From Candidatus Poribacteria bacterium (GTDB taxonomy: Bacteria > Poribacteria > WGA-4E > UBA9662): a stretch of DNA of 64,000 bases. The stretch is taken from the NCBI GenBank assembly GCA_046582655.1, contig JAYGDX010000073.1, forward strand, positions 31,746 to 95,745, given 5' to 3'. Shown one piece after another: positions 39,916 through 48,957 of this stretch. A program made the translations under genes and the position numbers. Below the pieces are notes generated by a model. It did no database searches. It was given only the letters and a program-made list of their open reading frames with translations, and was not told where the DNA came from. Every line of letters starts with the position of its first letter. Position 1 is the stretch's first letter.

Positions 39916-41340
39916 ATGACGTCTGTCCAACTGTCGGCTTTGCGACGTATTCCTGCCATCGAAAAGCTACTAGCTTCCCAATCCTTTCTTACCATTCAGA
40001 ACGAGTTTTCGCGGAATCTGATAACAGAAGTCTTGCGATCAGTTATTTTAGATATCCGTCAGCAGATAGGATGTACGCCGGGAGCAGTGAATCTGCCGGA
40101 TGAGTCAATGATTGCGGAGACGGTTCAAGAACGACTTAAATCAATCATGACTCCAAACTTACGGTCGATCGTCAACGTAACCGGTACGATCACACATACA
40201 AATTTTGGGAGGTCGATACTTAGCGATGTGGCCTGTGAGAGTTTGATTCAAGCGGCAAAGAACTGTGTTAACTTGGAATTTGATCTTGCCTCTGGTAAAA
40301 GAGGGCACCGAGACCAAATTACAGAACCGCTTCTGCAGAAACTTACCGGATGCCAAGCCTCAACAGTTGTTAATAACAACGCAGCGGCAGTTTTTCTGGT
40401 GCTTAACACCTTTGCACACGGTAAAGAAGTGGTTGTTTCACGCGGCGAATTAATAGAAATTGGTGGGGCATTCAGAATCCCGGATGTTATGGAATCCAGT
40501 GGAGTTATTCTAAAAGAGGTTGGTACAACCAATCGAACCCATCTGGAGGATTACGAAAAAGCTATTAATGAAAATACTGCTTTGCTTTTAAAAGTCCATC
40601 CCAGCAACTATCAAATTGTTGGGTTCACAGAAATGCCGGAGATGCATGAAATTGTCGAACTCGGAAAGCAATATAACATTCCAACAGTAGAAGATTTGGG
40701 TAGTGGATCACTTATTGATTTAAGTGAATACGGTTTGCCAAGTGAGCCGATTGTGCGTGACCGGATTGATGCAGGCGTCGATCTCGTCTTGTTTAGTGGG
40801 GATAAATTGCTAGGCGGGGCCCAGGCTGGCATCATTGTTGGAAAAGGTGGAATGATCAAGAAAATCCGCAAGAACCCAATCATGCGTACCTTGCGAGTTG
40901 GAAAACTGACAATCGCTGCTTTGGAAACCACACTGAGATTGTATCTCAACGACTTCAACCTAGATAAGAAACTGCCGATGCTTCACTGGTACACGCGTTC
41001 GTTGGACGAACTCCAACAAGTAGGGAATCATCTGCTAAGACAACTGGGTGAAACTTTAGGAGATGAAATCCAAGTTACCATTGAGGAAAGCCTCGCTCAA
41101 ATTGGCAGCGGATCTTTACCTGTTGCTAATTTGCCGAGTTTGGCAATCGTATTGAAATCGGAGCGACTGACTGCAAGCTCAATCGCCAAATGCTTTCGCA
41201 ACCAGCCAAGACCAATTGTTGGTCGGGTCCAAGACGACTGTTTTTGGATTGATCTCCGGACAGTCAACAACCAAGAAATTCAGTGGATCTGCGAAGCCGC
41301 AAGGTCAATCAGCCAAAAGGGTAACACAGAAAATTCATGA
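39916..41340 (+). CDS. selA: L-seryl-tRNA(Sec) selenium transferase (selenocysteine synthase)
   Basis: PLP-lysine block FSGDKLLGGAQAGIIVGKGGMIKKIRKNPIMRTLRVGKLTIAALETTLRLYL. N-terminus MTSVQLSALRRIPAIEKLL. The ORF-track start 39859 is trimmed to ATG 39916. Confidence 0.85.
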   Translation: MTSVQLSALRRIPAIEKLLASQSFLTIQNEFSRNLITEVLRSVILDIRQQIGCTPGAVNLPDESMIAETVQERLKSIMTPNLRSIVNVTGTITHTNFGRSILSDVACESLIQAAKNCVNLEFDLASGKRGHRDQITEPLLQKLTGCQASTVVNNNAAAVFLVLNTFAHGKEVVVSRGELIEIGGAFRIPDVMESSGVILKEVGTTNRTHLEDYEKAINENTALLLKVHPSNYQIVGFTEMPEMHEIVELGKQYNIPTVEDLGSGSLIDLSEYGLPSEPIVRDRIDAGVDLVLFSGDKLLGGAQAGIIVGKGGMIKKIRKNPIMRTLRVGKLTIAALETTLRLYLNDFNLDKKLPMLHWYTRSLDELQQVGNHLLRQLGETLGDEIQVTIEESLAQIGSGSLPVANLPSLAIVLKSERLTASSIAKCFRNQPRPIVGRVQDDCFWIDLRTVNNQEIQWICEAARSISQKGNTENS

Positions 41341-41702
41341 TAATCGACTGGTTCTATTTTCGACGATCTTGAACTTCCTGCCAGAAAGCGCAAGAGGTTC
41401 TTGACGTAAACAATTTTCAAGTTACACAGTATAGCTATGCAAACAAGGAAAAATTTGACCGCGAATTCACATGGAAGTTAATTCAAGAGGCTTCGCGAGT
41501 CTATGTTGCCAAGGGTAAAAAAATCGAGGTTTTTACACCGAGGCAACGCGATAGATCGATAATCCTAATGGCTTCGATTGGTCGCAGCGGTAATTTGCGA
41601 GCACCTACATTACAAATTGGTCAAATATTTTGCATCGGATATAGTCAAGAACTGTATCGGATGATCAGTAGGGATACCCTGAGCGCAATAGAATCGAACT
41701 GA
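41337..41702 (+). CDS. Spx/ArsC-fold thiol oxidoreductase-like protein with in-frame TGA (Sec) at 41370..41372; U-T-S-C motif (putative selenoprotein)
   Basis: Conceptual translation MIIDWFYFRRS-U-TSCQKAQEVLD...NLRAPTLQIGQIFCIGYSQELYRMI parallels Spx (SCTSCRKA...[22 protein letters not shown]). ATG overlaps the selA stop (ATGA). A stem-loop follows the TGA. No start codon exists downstream of the TGA in this frame until an internal Met. Confidence 0.55.
41389..41406 (+). promoter_or_regulatory. candidate bacterial SECIS-like hairpin (CGCAAG-AGGUU-CUUG(A)CG) 17 nt downstream of the in-frame UGA
   Basis: 6-bp stem with one bulged A. Apical loop AGGUU places G and U about 26-28 nt after the UGA, similar to E. 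coli fdhF SECIS geometry. Confidence 0.35.
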
Positions 41703-41712
41703 ACTGGTTGGA

Positions 41713-43911
41713 TTAGACCAAACCTTTCCATTTGCGCAAAAACCATTCGGTTCCGAGCAATCCCGCAGCAAGAATTAATATAATTGGACTATCCCAGAGA
41801 TCTTTTTCCTCGGTGACAAAAATTGATTCTCGAGAGTTTTTAATTTGACCAGGTAGTGACCTCGCTTCTGCGATAGGTAAGTACATACCTCCTGTCTGTT
41901 CTGCTAGTGATGTTAGTAATCCTTGGTTGAGTTGTGGATTCTCAAATTCAGCAACTTGTTGCTCAGCAAAAACTGTCACCTTGTCTTCTCCGATAGACGC
42001 ACCACCAAAAGTGCCTGATACTGTTAGCGTATATTTACCTTCCTGATCTACCAAGAATTCCGCTATATATCTGCCGGATACTGAATCATCTTGATTAGTT
42101 CGAATTCGGAAAACTTTTTTGTCTGGAAGTGCAACATCAACCTTAAGCCTTGCATTATCAAAGGGTTGATAGTTTTTATCATAAGTGTAAATGGTTACTT
42201 TAATCTTTTCACCAATTAGATACGTGTTTTTATCAGCAATAATATGGATCTGTTTAGTAGAAGGTTGGCTTGCCAGCCACCGTATTGCCTGCCCCCAAAA
42301 GCGAGAATAGCTGTCATCTTCATCTTTGAAATCCCATACTCCAAACCCCCAGTTCCAAAGGCCTTCAGCGGCAATTAACAAACTCTTCCCAAGGCCATGC
42401 GGCTGAAAAACAATGATTGGTTCGGGTGATTTTGATTGGTGAAATTCAGCTAGCGTTGTTGCCCCACTCCGGAGTTGAAACCCACCAATTCGTCTTGGGA
42501 GCGGAGGCAAATCCCGCCAGATAGCATCGTTTAATTTGCTTGTTTCTCCAAGTTGCATAATGGGATGGAATTTACCTTGTGTTGTTAAACGGAGTGAGAA
42601 ATCTTGATCCCGAAAACGGCAACCAATTGGTGGTGAAACGATTGGCAGTAAATCAGCTATCTCTGAACGTCCTAAACCGTTTCTGCCTAGCGAATTTTTC
42701 CCACCTAAAAACACAATTGACTTGCCGTGCTCTTCAACAAAACTCTTAATTATTTGTTGTTGATTTGAAGTAAGTTCATTTGCTTTAATATCACCAATAA
42801 TTAGCACATCATAAGCTAGTAATTCCGCTTCATTTTTTGGAAACTCTGGCTGGATTCGTGTATTCCTTTTTTTTAGCGATAAGACCAAACAGGTTGCTTC
42901 TATGTTTGGATCTCTTTCCAATACGCGTTTTAAGAAAGCGTAATCCCAGCGTGGCTGCCCATCGGTATAAAGGACACGGAGTTTTGACCTGACAACTTTA
43001 AGTGTGAATGTTTTCTGGTTGTTGTCGGTTGTCACCTCATTTTCTAGTGTAGGTAGCGAAACAAGGTATTGAAGCACTCCCTCCTCTCTTGGGGTAATAG
43101 TGAACGTAACAGTTTGATTCTCCTGATTTGACAAGGTAGTTGTTTCTGTGCCTATAACGCGGTCGTCCTGTTTAAGCATCAAGCGAATTTTCTTCCCCAT
43201 ATAGCCGATACTACGTATAGTTACCTTGATTTCTGCATTATGATCAGTGTAATTCACAGGACTGACTTCGATTTTGGTAATTCCTAGATCGTTCGGTGGG
43301 ACGGGGTCACCGACACCAATTGGGTAGATTGGCACCTTTAGACCCACAAATTGGTCGACCTCGAATTTTGACACATTGTGCCCGCCATCAGTAATTAATA
43401 CGACACCAGCGATTGTTTGCCCACGCCATTCATTTATGGCAGTTTGAATAGATCCAGTAATGTCAGTTAATCCTATGCCCGTTTGGATTTCAGGAGTTTT
43501 GTGAGGGACCTGTTTAAGGTCTTGATCAAACTGGTAAATATGCGTAGCGAAACGATTACTCAGCTGCTGAACGAAATCACTATCTCGACTGAATAGCAAA
43601 TGGTTCACCGGAAACATACGGTCAATTTTCTTACCGTTATGCAATACATCTTGAATTTCCATACTTTCCGATCTATCAGCTAAAATGAGTAGGTTATTCG
43701 GTGGGGTAATATCTATCTGCTGGACTAGAACTGGTTCAAGCAGACAAGTGAGAAGGATAGTTGCAGCCAAGATTCTTAGACAGATGAGGATTGCACGTAC
43801 TCTTGAAGAGACTGGACTTTTGAGCCGAATATAAACGAATGATGTTATACCGACAACCACTGCCAAGGCTAGGATTACCTGCCACAACTGCCAGAAATAA
43901 GTAAACCGCAT
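41713..43911 (-). CDS. large membrane-anchored protein: N-terminal double-TM (TIGR02226-like), vWA-like region (DRSESM) and C-terminal GATase1/ThuA-like domain
   Basis: N-terminal two TM helices, LILADRSESMEI MIDAS-like motif, and C-terminal ...YDVLIIGDI...IVFLGG resembling class-I GATase-like folds. Confidence 0.5.
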   Translation of the reverse strand: MRFTYFWQLWQVILALAVVVGITSFVYIRLKSPVSSRVRAILICLRILAATILLTCLLEPVLVQQIDITPPNNLLILADRSESMEIQDVLHNGKKIDRMFPVNHLLFSRDSDFVQQLSNRFATHIYQFDQDLKQVPHKTPEIQTGIGLTDITGSIQTAINEWRGQTIAGVVLITDGGHNVSKFEVDQFVGLKVPIYPIGVGDPVPPNDLGITKIEVSPVNYTDHNAEIKVTIRSIGYMGKKIRLMLKQDDRVIGTETTTLSNQENQTVTFTITPREEGVLQYLVSLPTLENEVTTDNNQKTFTLKVVRSKLRVLYTDGQPRWDYAFLKRVLERDPNIEATCLVLSLKKRNTRIQPEFPKNEAELLAYDVLIIGDIKANELTSNQQQIIKSFVEEHGKSIVFLGGKNSLGRNGLGRSEIADLLPIVSPPIGCRFRDQDFSLRLTTQGKFHPIMQLGETSKLNDAIWRDLPPLPRRIGGFQLRSGATTLAEFHQSKSPEPIIVFQPHGLGKSLLIAAEGLWNWGFGVWDFKDEDDSYSRFWGQAIRWLASQPSTKQIHIIADKNTYLIGEKIKVTIYTYDKNYQPFDNARLKVDVALPDKKVFRIRTNQDDSVSGRYIAEFLVDQEGKYTLTVSGTFGGASIGEDKVTVFAEQQVAEFENPQLNQGLLTSLAEQTGGMYLPIAEARSLPGQIKNSRESIFVTEEKDLWDSPIILILAAGLLGTEWFLRKWKGLV

Positions 43912-44022
43912 AAGGGTTCTTTATTATGTTAAGGTAGGATAGTTAGTGAATTATTATACAACAAGGATTCCCTCTCAAAAAATAAAAAGAGAATTAAAAG
44001 GAGAGAGTAAGCAATCGTTTAT

Positions 44023-44361
44023 CTATACGCTAAAAGATTCACCACAACCACATGTCGAATTCGCGTTTGGATTCGTGATTTTGAAGCCGGACTCCATTAA
44101 ACCATCATTGAAATCGAGGGTTGATCCGGCAAGATAAAGCAGGCTGCGCGGATCGATCAAAACTTTTAATCCGTTGTGCTCAGTGATTTTATCATTGCTC
44201 TTTCGCTCATCAAAGCCGAGTTCATACTGAAAACCAGAGCATCCACCACCGACAACTTTCATTCGTAAGCCGTGTTCTTTGTCCTCTTCAAGATTGTCTT
44301 GCATCGACTGTTCCAATAGTAAGACTGCCTTTGCCGCAGCAGTATCTGTTACCGTAATCAT
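44023..44361 (-). CDS. iscA: iron-sulfur cluster insertion protein, HesB/IscA/ErpA family
   Basis: C-terminal NPNANSTCGCGESFSV signature. Start trimmed to the Met preceded by a GAAAAGGGG RBS. Confidence 0.75.
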   Translation of the reverse strand: MITVTDTAAAKAVLLLEQSMQDNLEEDKEHGLRMKVVGGGCSGFQYELGFDERKSNDKITEHNGLKVLIDPRSLLYLAGSTLDFNDGLMESGFKITNPNANSTCGCGESFSV

Positions 44362-44521
44362 AATAGCCCCTTTTCGTTTCTCCATTTGAAGAAACATTCT
44401 GATCATAAATTATAGTTAAGTTATGGACAAATGTCAAACTTAATAAAGAATTTACATTATCGTGCGACTGATGTATAATCTGGATTAATCCAAAAAGCTA
44501 ATATAGAACCGAAAAACGTGT

Positions 44522-45526
44522 ATGGCATCAGAAAATAATGTCGAAATTTCTATCGTTGTTCCTTTATTGAACGAGGTTGAGAACCTACCTGAGCTTTATG
44601 ATCGGCTTCATGATGCACTATCGAAGCTCAAGAGAACTTACGAAATTATTTTTATTGATGATGGTAGTATTGACAACAGTTTCTGCATTTTGAAAGAGAT
44701 TGCTTCTGTTGATGTAAACGTGCAAATCATCCGTTTCAGACGTAACTTTGGGCAGACTGCAGCCATGAGTGCGGGCTTCGACCATTCACAAGGTAGCGTC
44801 ATTATACCGATAGATGCGGATCTGCAAAATGACCCCAACGATATCGAAATGTTGCTTAACAAGATCGAAGAAGGTTACGATATTGTCAGTGGCTGGCGTG
44901 CGAACCGAAAGGATGGATTCGTTCTTAGACGATTACCATCAATACTTGCCAATCGGTTGATAGTTTGGCTAACTGGTGTCAAACTTCACGACTTCGGGTG
45001 CACACTCAAGGCTTATCGGCGTGATGTAATTGAAAATATCCGTCTCTATGGTGAACTCCACCGCTTCATTCCCGTGCTTGGAAAACTCATCGGTGCAAAG
45101 ATCACGGAAATCAAGGTTAACCACTATCCTCGCACACGCGGTCAATCGAAATACGGAATCTCTCGTGCTATGCGCGTGATATTGGATTTGATTATGATTC
45201 GGTTTCTGATGAGCTACTCGACGAGGCCAATCCAAATCTTTGGATTGATGGGAATTCTCTCCTTCTGTGCCGGGTTTGTGATCTCAGCTTACCTTTCAGT
45301 CGGCAAGCTCTTTTTTCCTGGCGGGAAGAAGGAAGGATGGCTCTCCTACTTCTTCTCTGAAACAAGCTTAAATGAGCGCATGCCGATGTTAATCCTTAGT
45401 GTGCTCTTATTGTTTACAGGTGTTCAACTGATCTCAATAGGACTTATCGGAGAACTCGTTATTCGTACCTACCATGAATCTCAAAGCAAACCAATCTATG
45501 TAATTCGCGAAATCATCAAGCATTAA
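44522..45526 (+). CDS. GT2 polyprenyl-phosphate glycosyltransferase (ArnC/GtrB/DPM1-like) with C-terminal TM helices
   Basis: IDDGSID (DxD) and PIDADLQNDP motifs. Two C-terminal TM segments. Confidence 0.75.
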   Translation: MASENNVEISIVVPLLNEVENLPELYDRLHDALSKLKRTYEIIFIDDGSIDNSFCILKEIASVDVNVQIIRFRRNFGQTAAMSAGFDHSQGSVIIPIDADLQNDPNDIEMLLNKIEEGYDIVSGWRANRKDGFVLRRLPSILANRLIVWLTGVKLHDFGCTLKAYRRDVIENIRLYGELHRFIPVLGKLIGAKITEIKVNHYPRTRGQSKYGISRAMRVILDLIMIRFLMSYSTRPIQIFGLMGILSFCAGFVISAYLSVGKLFFPGGKKEGWLSYFFSETSLNERMPMLILSVLLLFTGVQLISIGLIGELVIRTYHESQSKPIYVIREIIKH

Positions 45527-45537
45527 AATGGTGAAGG

Positions 45538-45906
45538 ATGAGAGACTATATTTTATTGATACTCAACGTTTTACTGACGGTAATTGGACAAATTCTCATG
45601 AAGCAGGGGATGATTAAAGTTGGTAGGATCGATGGTTCGTTGATAGATGTAGCACCCAAACTCATCCAAGCTTTCACAAACCCATTTGTCATTGGTGGTA
45701 TCAGCATTTACGGGTTCACCACTATGCTTTGGTTAGTTATTCTCTCGCGTGTTAAACTTAGTATTGCCTACCCAATGCTTAGCCTTGGTTATATCTTCTC
45801 AATATTCTTTGCTTGGTTGTTGTTCAAAGAATCTGTGCCAAAAACGCGGATTCTTGGCGCAATTATTATCTGTTTGGGAGTGTATCTTGTGACCAGTGGC
45901 GAGTGA
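45538..45906 (+). CDS. small 4-TM DMT/SMR-like membrane protein (ArnE/ArnF-like flippase subunit)
   Basis: 122 aa with four TM helices. Adjacent to the ArnC-like GT2 gene. Confidence 0.5.
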   Translation: MRDYILLILNVLLTVIGQILMKQGMIKVGRIDGSLIDVAPKLIQAFTNPFVIGGISIYGFTTMLWLVILSRVKLSIAYPMLSLGYIFSIFFAWLLFKESVPKTRILGAIIICLGVYLVTSGE

Positions 45907-46074
45907 CCTGGTTCGCATGGAAGTCACATCCACGTATGCAGAATCCAACCATCCAGTTTGTTAATCCCTTCAGAATTTGAACTACATGACCGTACTCGAA
46001 AACAATGAGAGGTGAAATGACAAAAGTCATCCAATTTAAACTATTATATAGGAAACTTAACAAGGAAAAGCCAA

Positions 46075-46593
46075 ATGATCGACTTTTCAGAATATATTCG
46101 CGATATTCCGGATTTCCCAGAAAAAGGTATTGTTTTTAAAGACATCACTCCATTGCTTGGAGATGCTGAAGCATTCCGAGCTGTTATTGATGTCTTTGTC
46201 GAAGAATATAGAGATCAAAATATAGACATGGTTGCTGGTATTGATGCACGTGGGTTCATTTTAGGCAGCGTTTTGGCATACCAACTTGGGATTGGTTTTG
46301 TACCGATTCGAAAAAGTGGGAAATTGCCATACAAAACTTACGAAGAGAGTTACCAACTCGAGTATGGTAGCAGTAGTACACTAGCAATTCACCAAGATGC
46401 CTTTTCTCATGGAAGCCGAGTCGTTATTTGCGACGATGTGATTGCTACCGGAGGGACACTTGCAGCAACGATTAATCTGGTTAAAAAGCTTGGTGGAGAT
46501 TTAGTCGGAATCGCTGTGCTGATTGAGCTGGCCTTTCTTAACGGCCGTGAAAAATTTATTCACGAGAACATCTTTTCTCTAATTGAATTTTAG
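46075..46593 (+). CDS. apt: adenine phosphoribosyltransferase
   Basis: PRTase motif VVICDDVIATGGTL and FKDITPLL N-terminal block. 172 aa. Confidence 0.85.
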   Translation: MIDFSEYIRDIPDFPEKGIVFKDITPLLGDAEAFRAVIDVFVEEYRDQNIDMVAGIDARGFILGSVLAYQLGIGFVPIRKSGKLPYKTYEESYQLEYGSSSTLAIHQDAFSHGSRVVICDDVIATGGTLAATINLVKKLGGDLVGIAVLIELAFLNGREKFIHENIFSLIEF

Positions 46594-46645
46594 AGGGTGA
46601 TATGATATACTTATGGCTTGATAATTTTCAGGCAAACAGTTTTGC

Positions 46646-46718
46646 ACGCCTGTAGCTCAGCGGATAGAGCAGGGGCTTCCTAAGCCTCGTGTCGGGGGTT
46701 CAAATCCTCTCAGGCGTA
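46646..46718 (+). tRNA. tRNA-Arg (anticodon CCU)
   Basis: Manual cloverleaf: acceptor ACGCCUG/CAGGCGU. D-arm GCUC-AGCGGAUA-GAGC. Anticodon stem GGGGC/GCCUC with loop UUCCUAA. T-loop GUUCAAAUC. Discriminator A. No encoded CCA. Confidence 0.8.
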
Positions 46719-46739
46719 TATTATTTATTGGAGAAATTA

Positions 46740-48944
46740 ATGTACAATTTTAGTGCTTGGAAGCTAGCTTTAGTTCTAACCGTGCTTTTGTTTTCGATTT
46801 TGTATCTGCTTCCAACACCGAATCAATCTTATGACAAGCTATATGGCTACCTTCCTCTCTGGATGCAGGAAAGACTGCCCGCGTTTGATGTTACCGACGA
46901 CCATACACTAAAAATCAGTCTGCAAGAAACTGATGAAGTTAGGTATCCTGAAGGAATGAATTATAGGAAAGTGGTAAATCAACTTTCCGATATCTTACGT
47001 AGTCAACTCAATGAAATTGGGTTATCTGAAGAGGAAGAAGATTACATCTTTGAAACCACGGAGAATCGTGAATTTCACATAAAATTTCTCTCTGAAAAGG
47101 CAAAAACCAATAAAATCGACGATCTAAACCTTTATGGCAGTATGCCTGCTGCTCTGCGTCGTATACTTCCTGATAAGCGCCTTAAACTGGGACTAGACTT
47201 GAGAGGAGGTGTTCATCTTGTACTGGCAGTCGACATTGAACAGTCAATGGAAGCCATGATTAGAAGCCGTATGAATATAATACCGAGCAGAATGCGTGCT
47301 GAAAAAATTCGTTGCCGTAATGTTGATGGTGGTATCAGTATTCAAGCCACATTTGATAAACAGGTAGATCAAGCTGATTTAAAAGATCAGCTTACCGAAC
47401 TTGGATTGGGTTTGTACCGATTCGAAAAAGTGGGAAACAAAACTATTATCTCCGTGCAATACACGAATGCGGCGGATTCAGAAGGTAGTTCCAGCACCAG
47501 TCAAATTATCAGTAGACGCCTGCGAGATGAAAAAACACTGTGGAAAGTTTCACCGGGCAGTATTGAAGTTACCGATTACTGGCTGAAAGCATTCGTTAAT
47601 ATCCCCAACCGTATTGCAATTGATAGTGTTAAGAAAGAAGAATATCTCGCCACTGCTAAAGAAATCCTCAATAGTCTACAGTATTTTAATGAACCAAGTG
47701 AAGAAGGCTCATCTTCAGACACTCAGATTGTTTATGGAATCCGCATAGATCCGGATCAAATAACTGAGTATAAAAATGAATCAATAGACCAGGTCTTAAC
47801 AGTTTTGAGGAACCGTGTGGATGCCTTTGGAGTTTCCGAGCCATCGATTCGACGTGAAGCGAATCGGCCCCGTATTGTGGTAGAGTTACCGGGAGCTAAA
47901 GACTCTTCTGGACCGCTCAGAATTGTTAAGACAATGGGACTGCTGGAATTCAAACTGGTCGAAAAAAATCCAAGTGGTGGGAATATTTGGGCCGGATCGG
48001 CCAATACACCACCTCCCGACAAGATTCCTGAAAATACAAAAATCTACTATGGGAAAGTAGGTAGTACTGAAGAATCTGACGGCTGGTATGTTCTAAAAGA
48101 CCAAGTTTTGCTGACAGGCGATCGAATTGCCGATGCTTACCCTGACACGGGGGCAACGGGTTTTGAGAGAGTCGTTGCGCTTCGACTAGATCGAGATGGA
48201 AGAAGAAAATTTGCTGAAGTTACAACGGATCATGTTGGTGAGAACTTGGCCATTTTGCTTGATGGAAGAGTACAATCTGCACCTACAATCCGAGAACCGA
48301 TTCCATCAGGAAGTGCTCAGATCTCCGGCAACTTCACTTTCGAGGAAGCCAGTTATCTGGCTAATATTTTGAAATCAGGGGCGTTTCCGGTGGGTGTCAA
48401 GATCGCTGAAGAACGGACCGTAGGACCGACACTTGGAAAACAGTCAATTGAAAATGGTATTAAAGCTGGCCTTTTGGGAATGATATTGGTTGTGATATTT
48501 ATCTTAGTTTACTACAAAATGTCTGGCTTGGTTGCTGTAATCGCTTTGGCTTTCAATATGCTGATTGTTCTTAGCGCTCTCGCTGGGCTTGGTGCTGCAC
48601 TGACCCTACCGGGAATTGCCGGCTTAGTACTAACCATTGGTATGTCGGTTGATGCAAATGTCCTGATTTTTGAGCGAATTCGCGAAGAATTACGTGCAGA
48701 TAAATCAGTTTGGTCAGCGATTGAAAATGGCTATCAACGTGCATTTTGGACGATTCTGGATGCTAACCTGACAACGCTTGCAGTCGCCATAGTTTTATAT
48801 AATTTTGGTACTGGACCAATTAAAGGATTTGCCATTACACTCAGTATCGGAATTCTTGCTAGCATGTTTACCGCCATTGTGGTAACACGGGAAATTTATG
48901 GCTGGACAATTGGGAAAAAACAATTGGAAAAACTAAGTATTTAA
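46740..48944 (+). CDS. secD: protein translocase subunit SecD
   Basis: N-terminal TM, large periplasmic domain and C-terminal 5-TM block with SecD/SecF signature. The ORF-track start 46689 overlaps the tRNA and is trimmed to ATG 46740. Confidence 0.85.
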   Translation: MYNFSAWKLALVLTVLLFSILYLLPTPNQSYDKLYGYLPLWMQERLPAFDVTDDHTLKISLQETDEVRYPEGMNYRKVVNQLSDILRSQLNEIGLSEEEEDYIFETTENREFHIKFLSEKAKTNKIDDLNLYGSMPAALRRILPDKRLKLGLDLRGGVHLVLAVDIEQSMEAMIRSRMNIIPSRMRAEKIRCRNVDGGISIQATFDKQVDQADLKDQLTELGLGLYRFEKVGNKTIISVQYTNAADSEGSSSTSQIISRRLRDEKTLWKVSPGSIEVTDYWLKAFVNIPNRIAIDSVKKEEYLATAKEILNSLQYFNEPSEEGSSSDTQIVYGIRIDPDQITEYKNESIDQVLTVLRNRVDAFGVSEPSIRREANRPRIVVELPGAKDSSGPLRIVKTMGLLEFKLVEKNPSGGNIWAGSANTPPPDKIPENTKIYYGKVGSTEESDGWYVLKDQVLLTGDRIADAYPDTGATGFERVVALRLDRDGRRKFAEVTTDHVGENLAILLDGRVQSAPTIREPIPSGSAQISGNFTFEEASYLANILKSGAFPVGVKIAEERTVGPTLGKQSIENGIKAGLLGMILVVIFILVYYKMSGLVAVIALAFNMLIVLSALAGLGAALTLPGIAGLVLTIGMSVDANVLIFERIREELRADKSVWSAIENGYQRAFWTILDANLTTLAVAIVLYNFGTGPIKGFAITLSIGILASMFTAIVVTREIYGWTIGKKQLEKLSI

Positions 48945-48957
48945 GGAGACTCAAGAG

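Noticed and set aside
41703-41712. Bidirectional terminator between the convergent selenoprotein candidate and the vWA membrane protein
   Set aside because: Only 10 nt separate the two stop codons. The surrounding GGTTGG...CCAAACC complementarity is imperfect and lies inside coding sequence.
46631-46646. Sigma-54-like GG...TGC element (caGGcaaacagttttTGCa) upstream of tRNA-Arg
   Set aside because: GG-to-GC spacing is one nt longer than the -24/-12 consensus. The TGC overlaps the tRNA 5' end. Most likely chance.
46646-46718. Possibility that the tRNA near selA is tRNA-Sec (selC)
   Set aside because: The gene is 73 nt with a 7-bp acceptor stem, a short variable loop and anticodon CCU (Arg). 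It is not the roughly 95-nt, long-variable-arm, UCA-anticodon selC structure.
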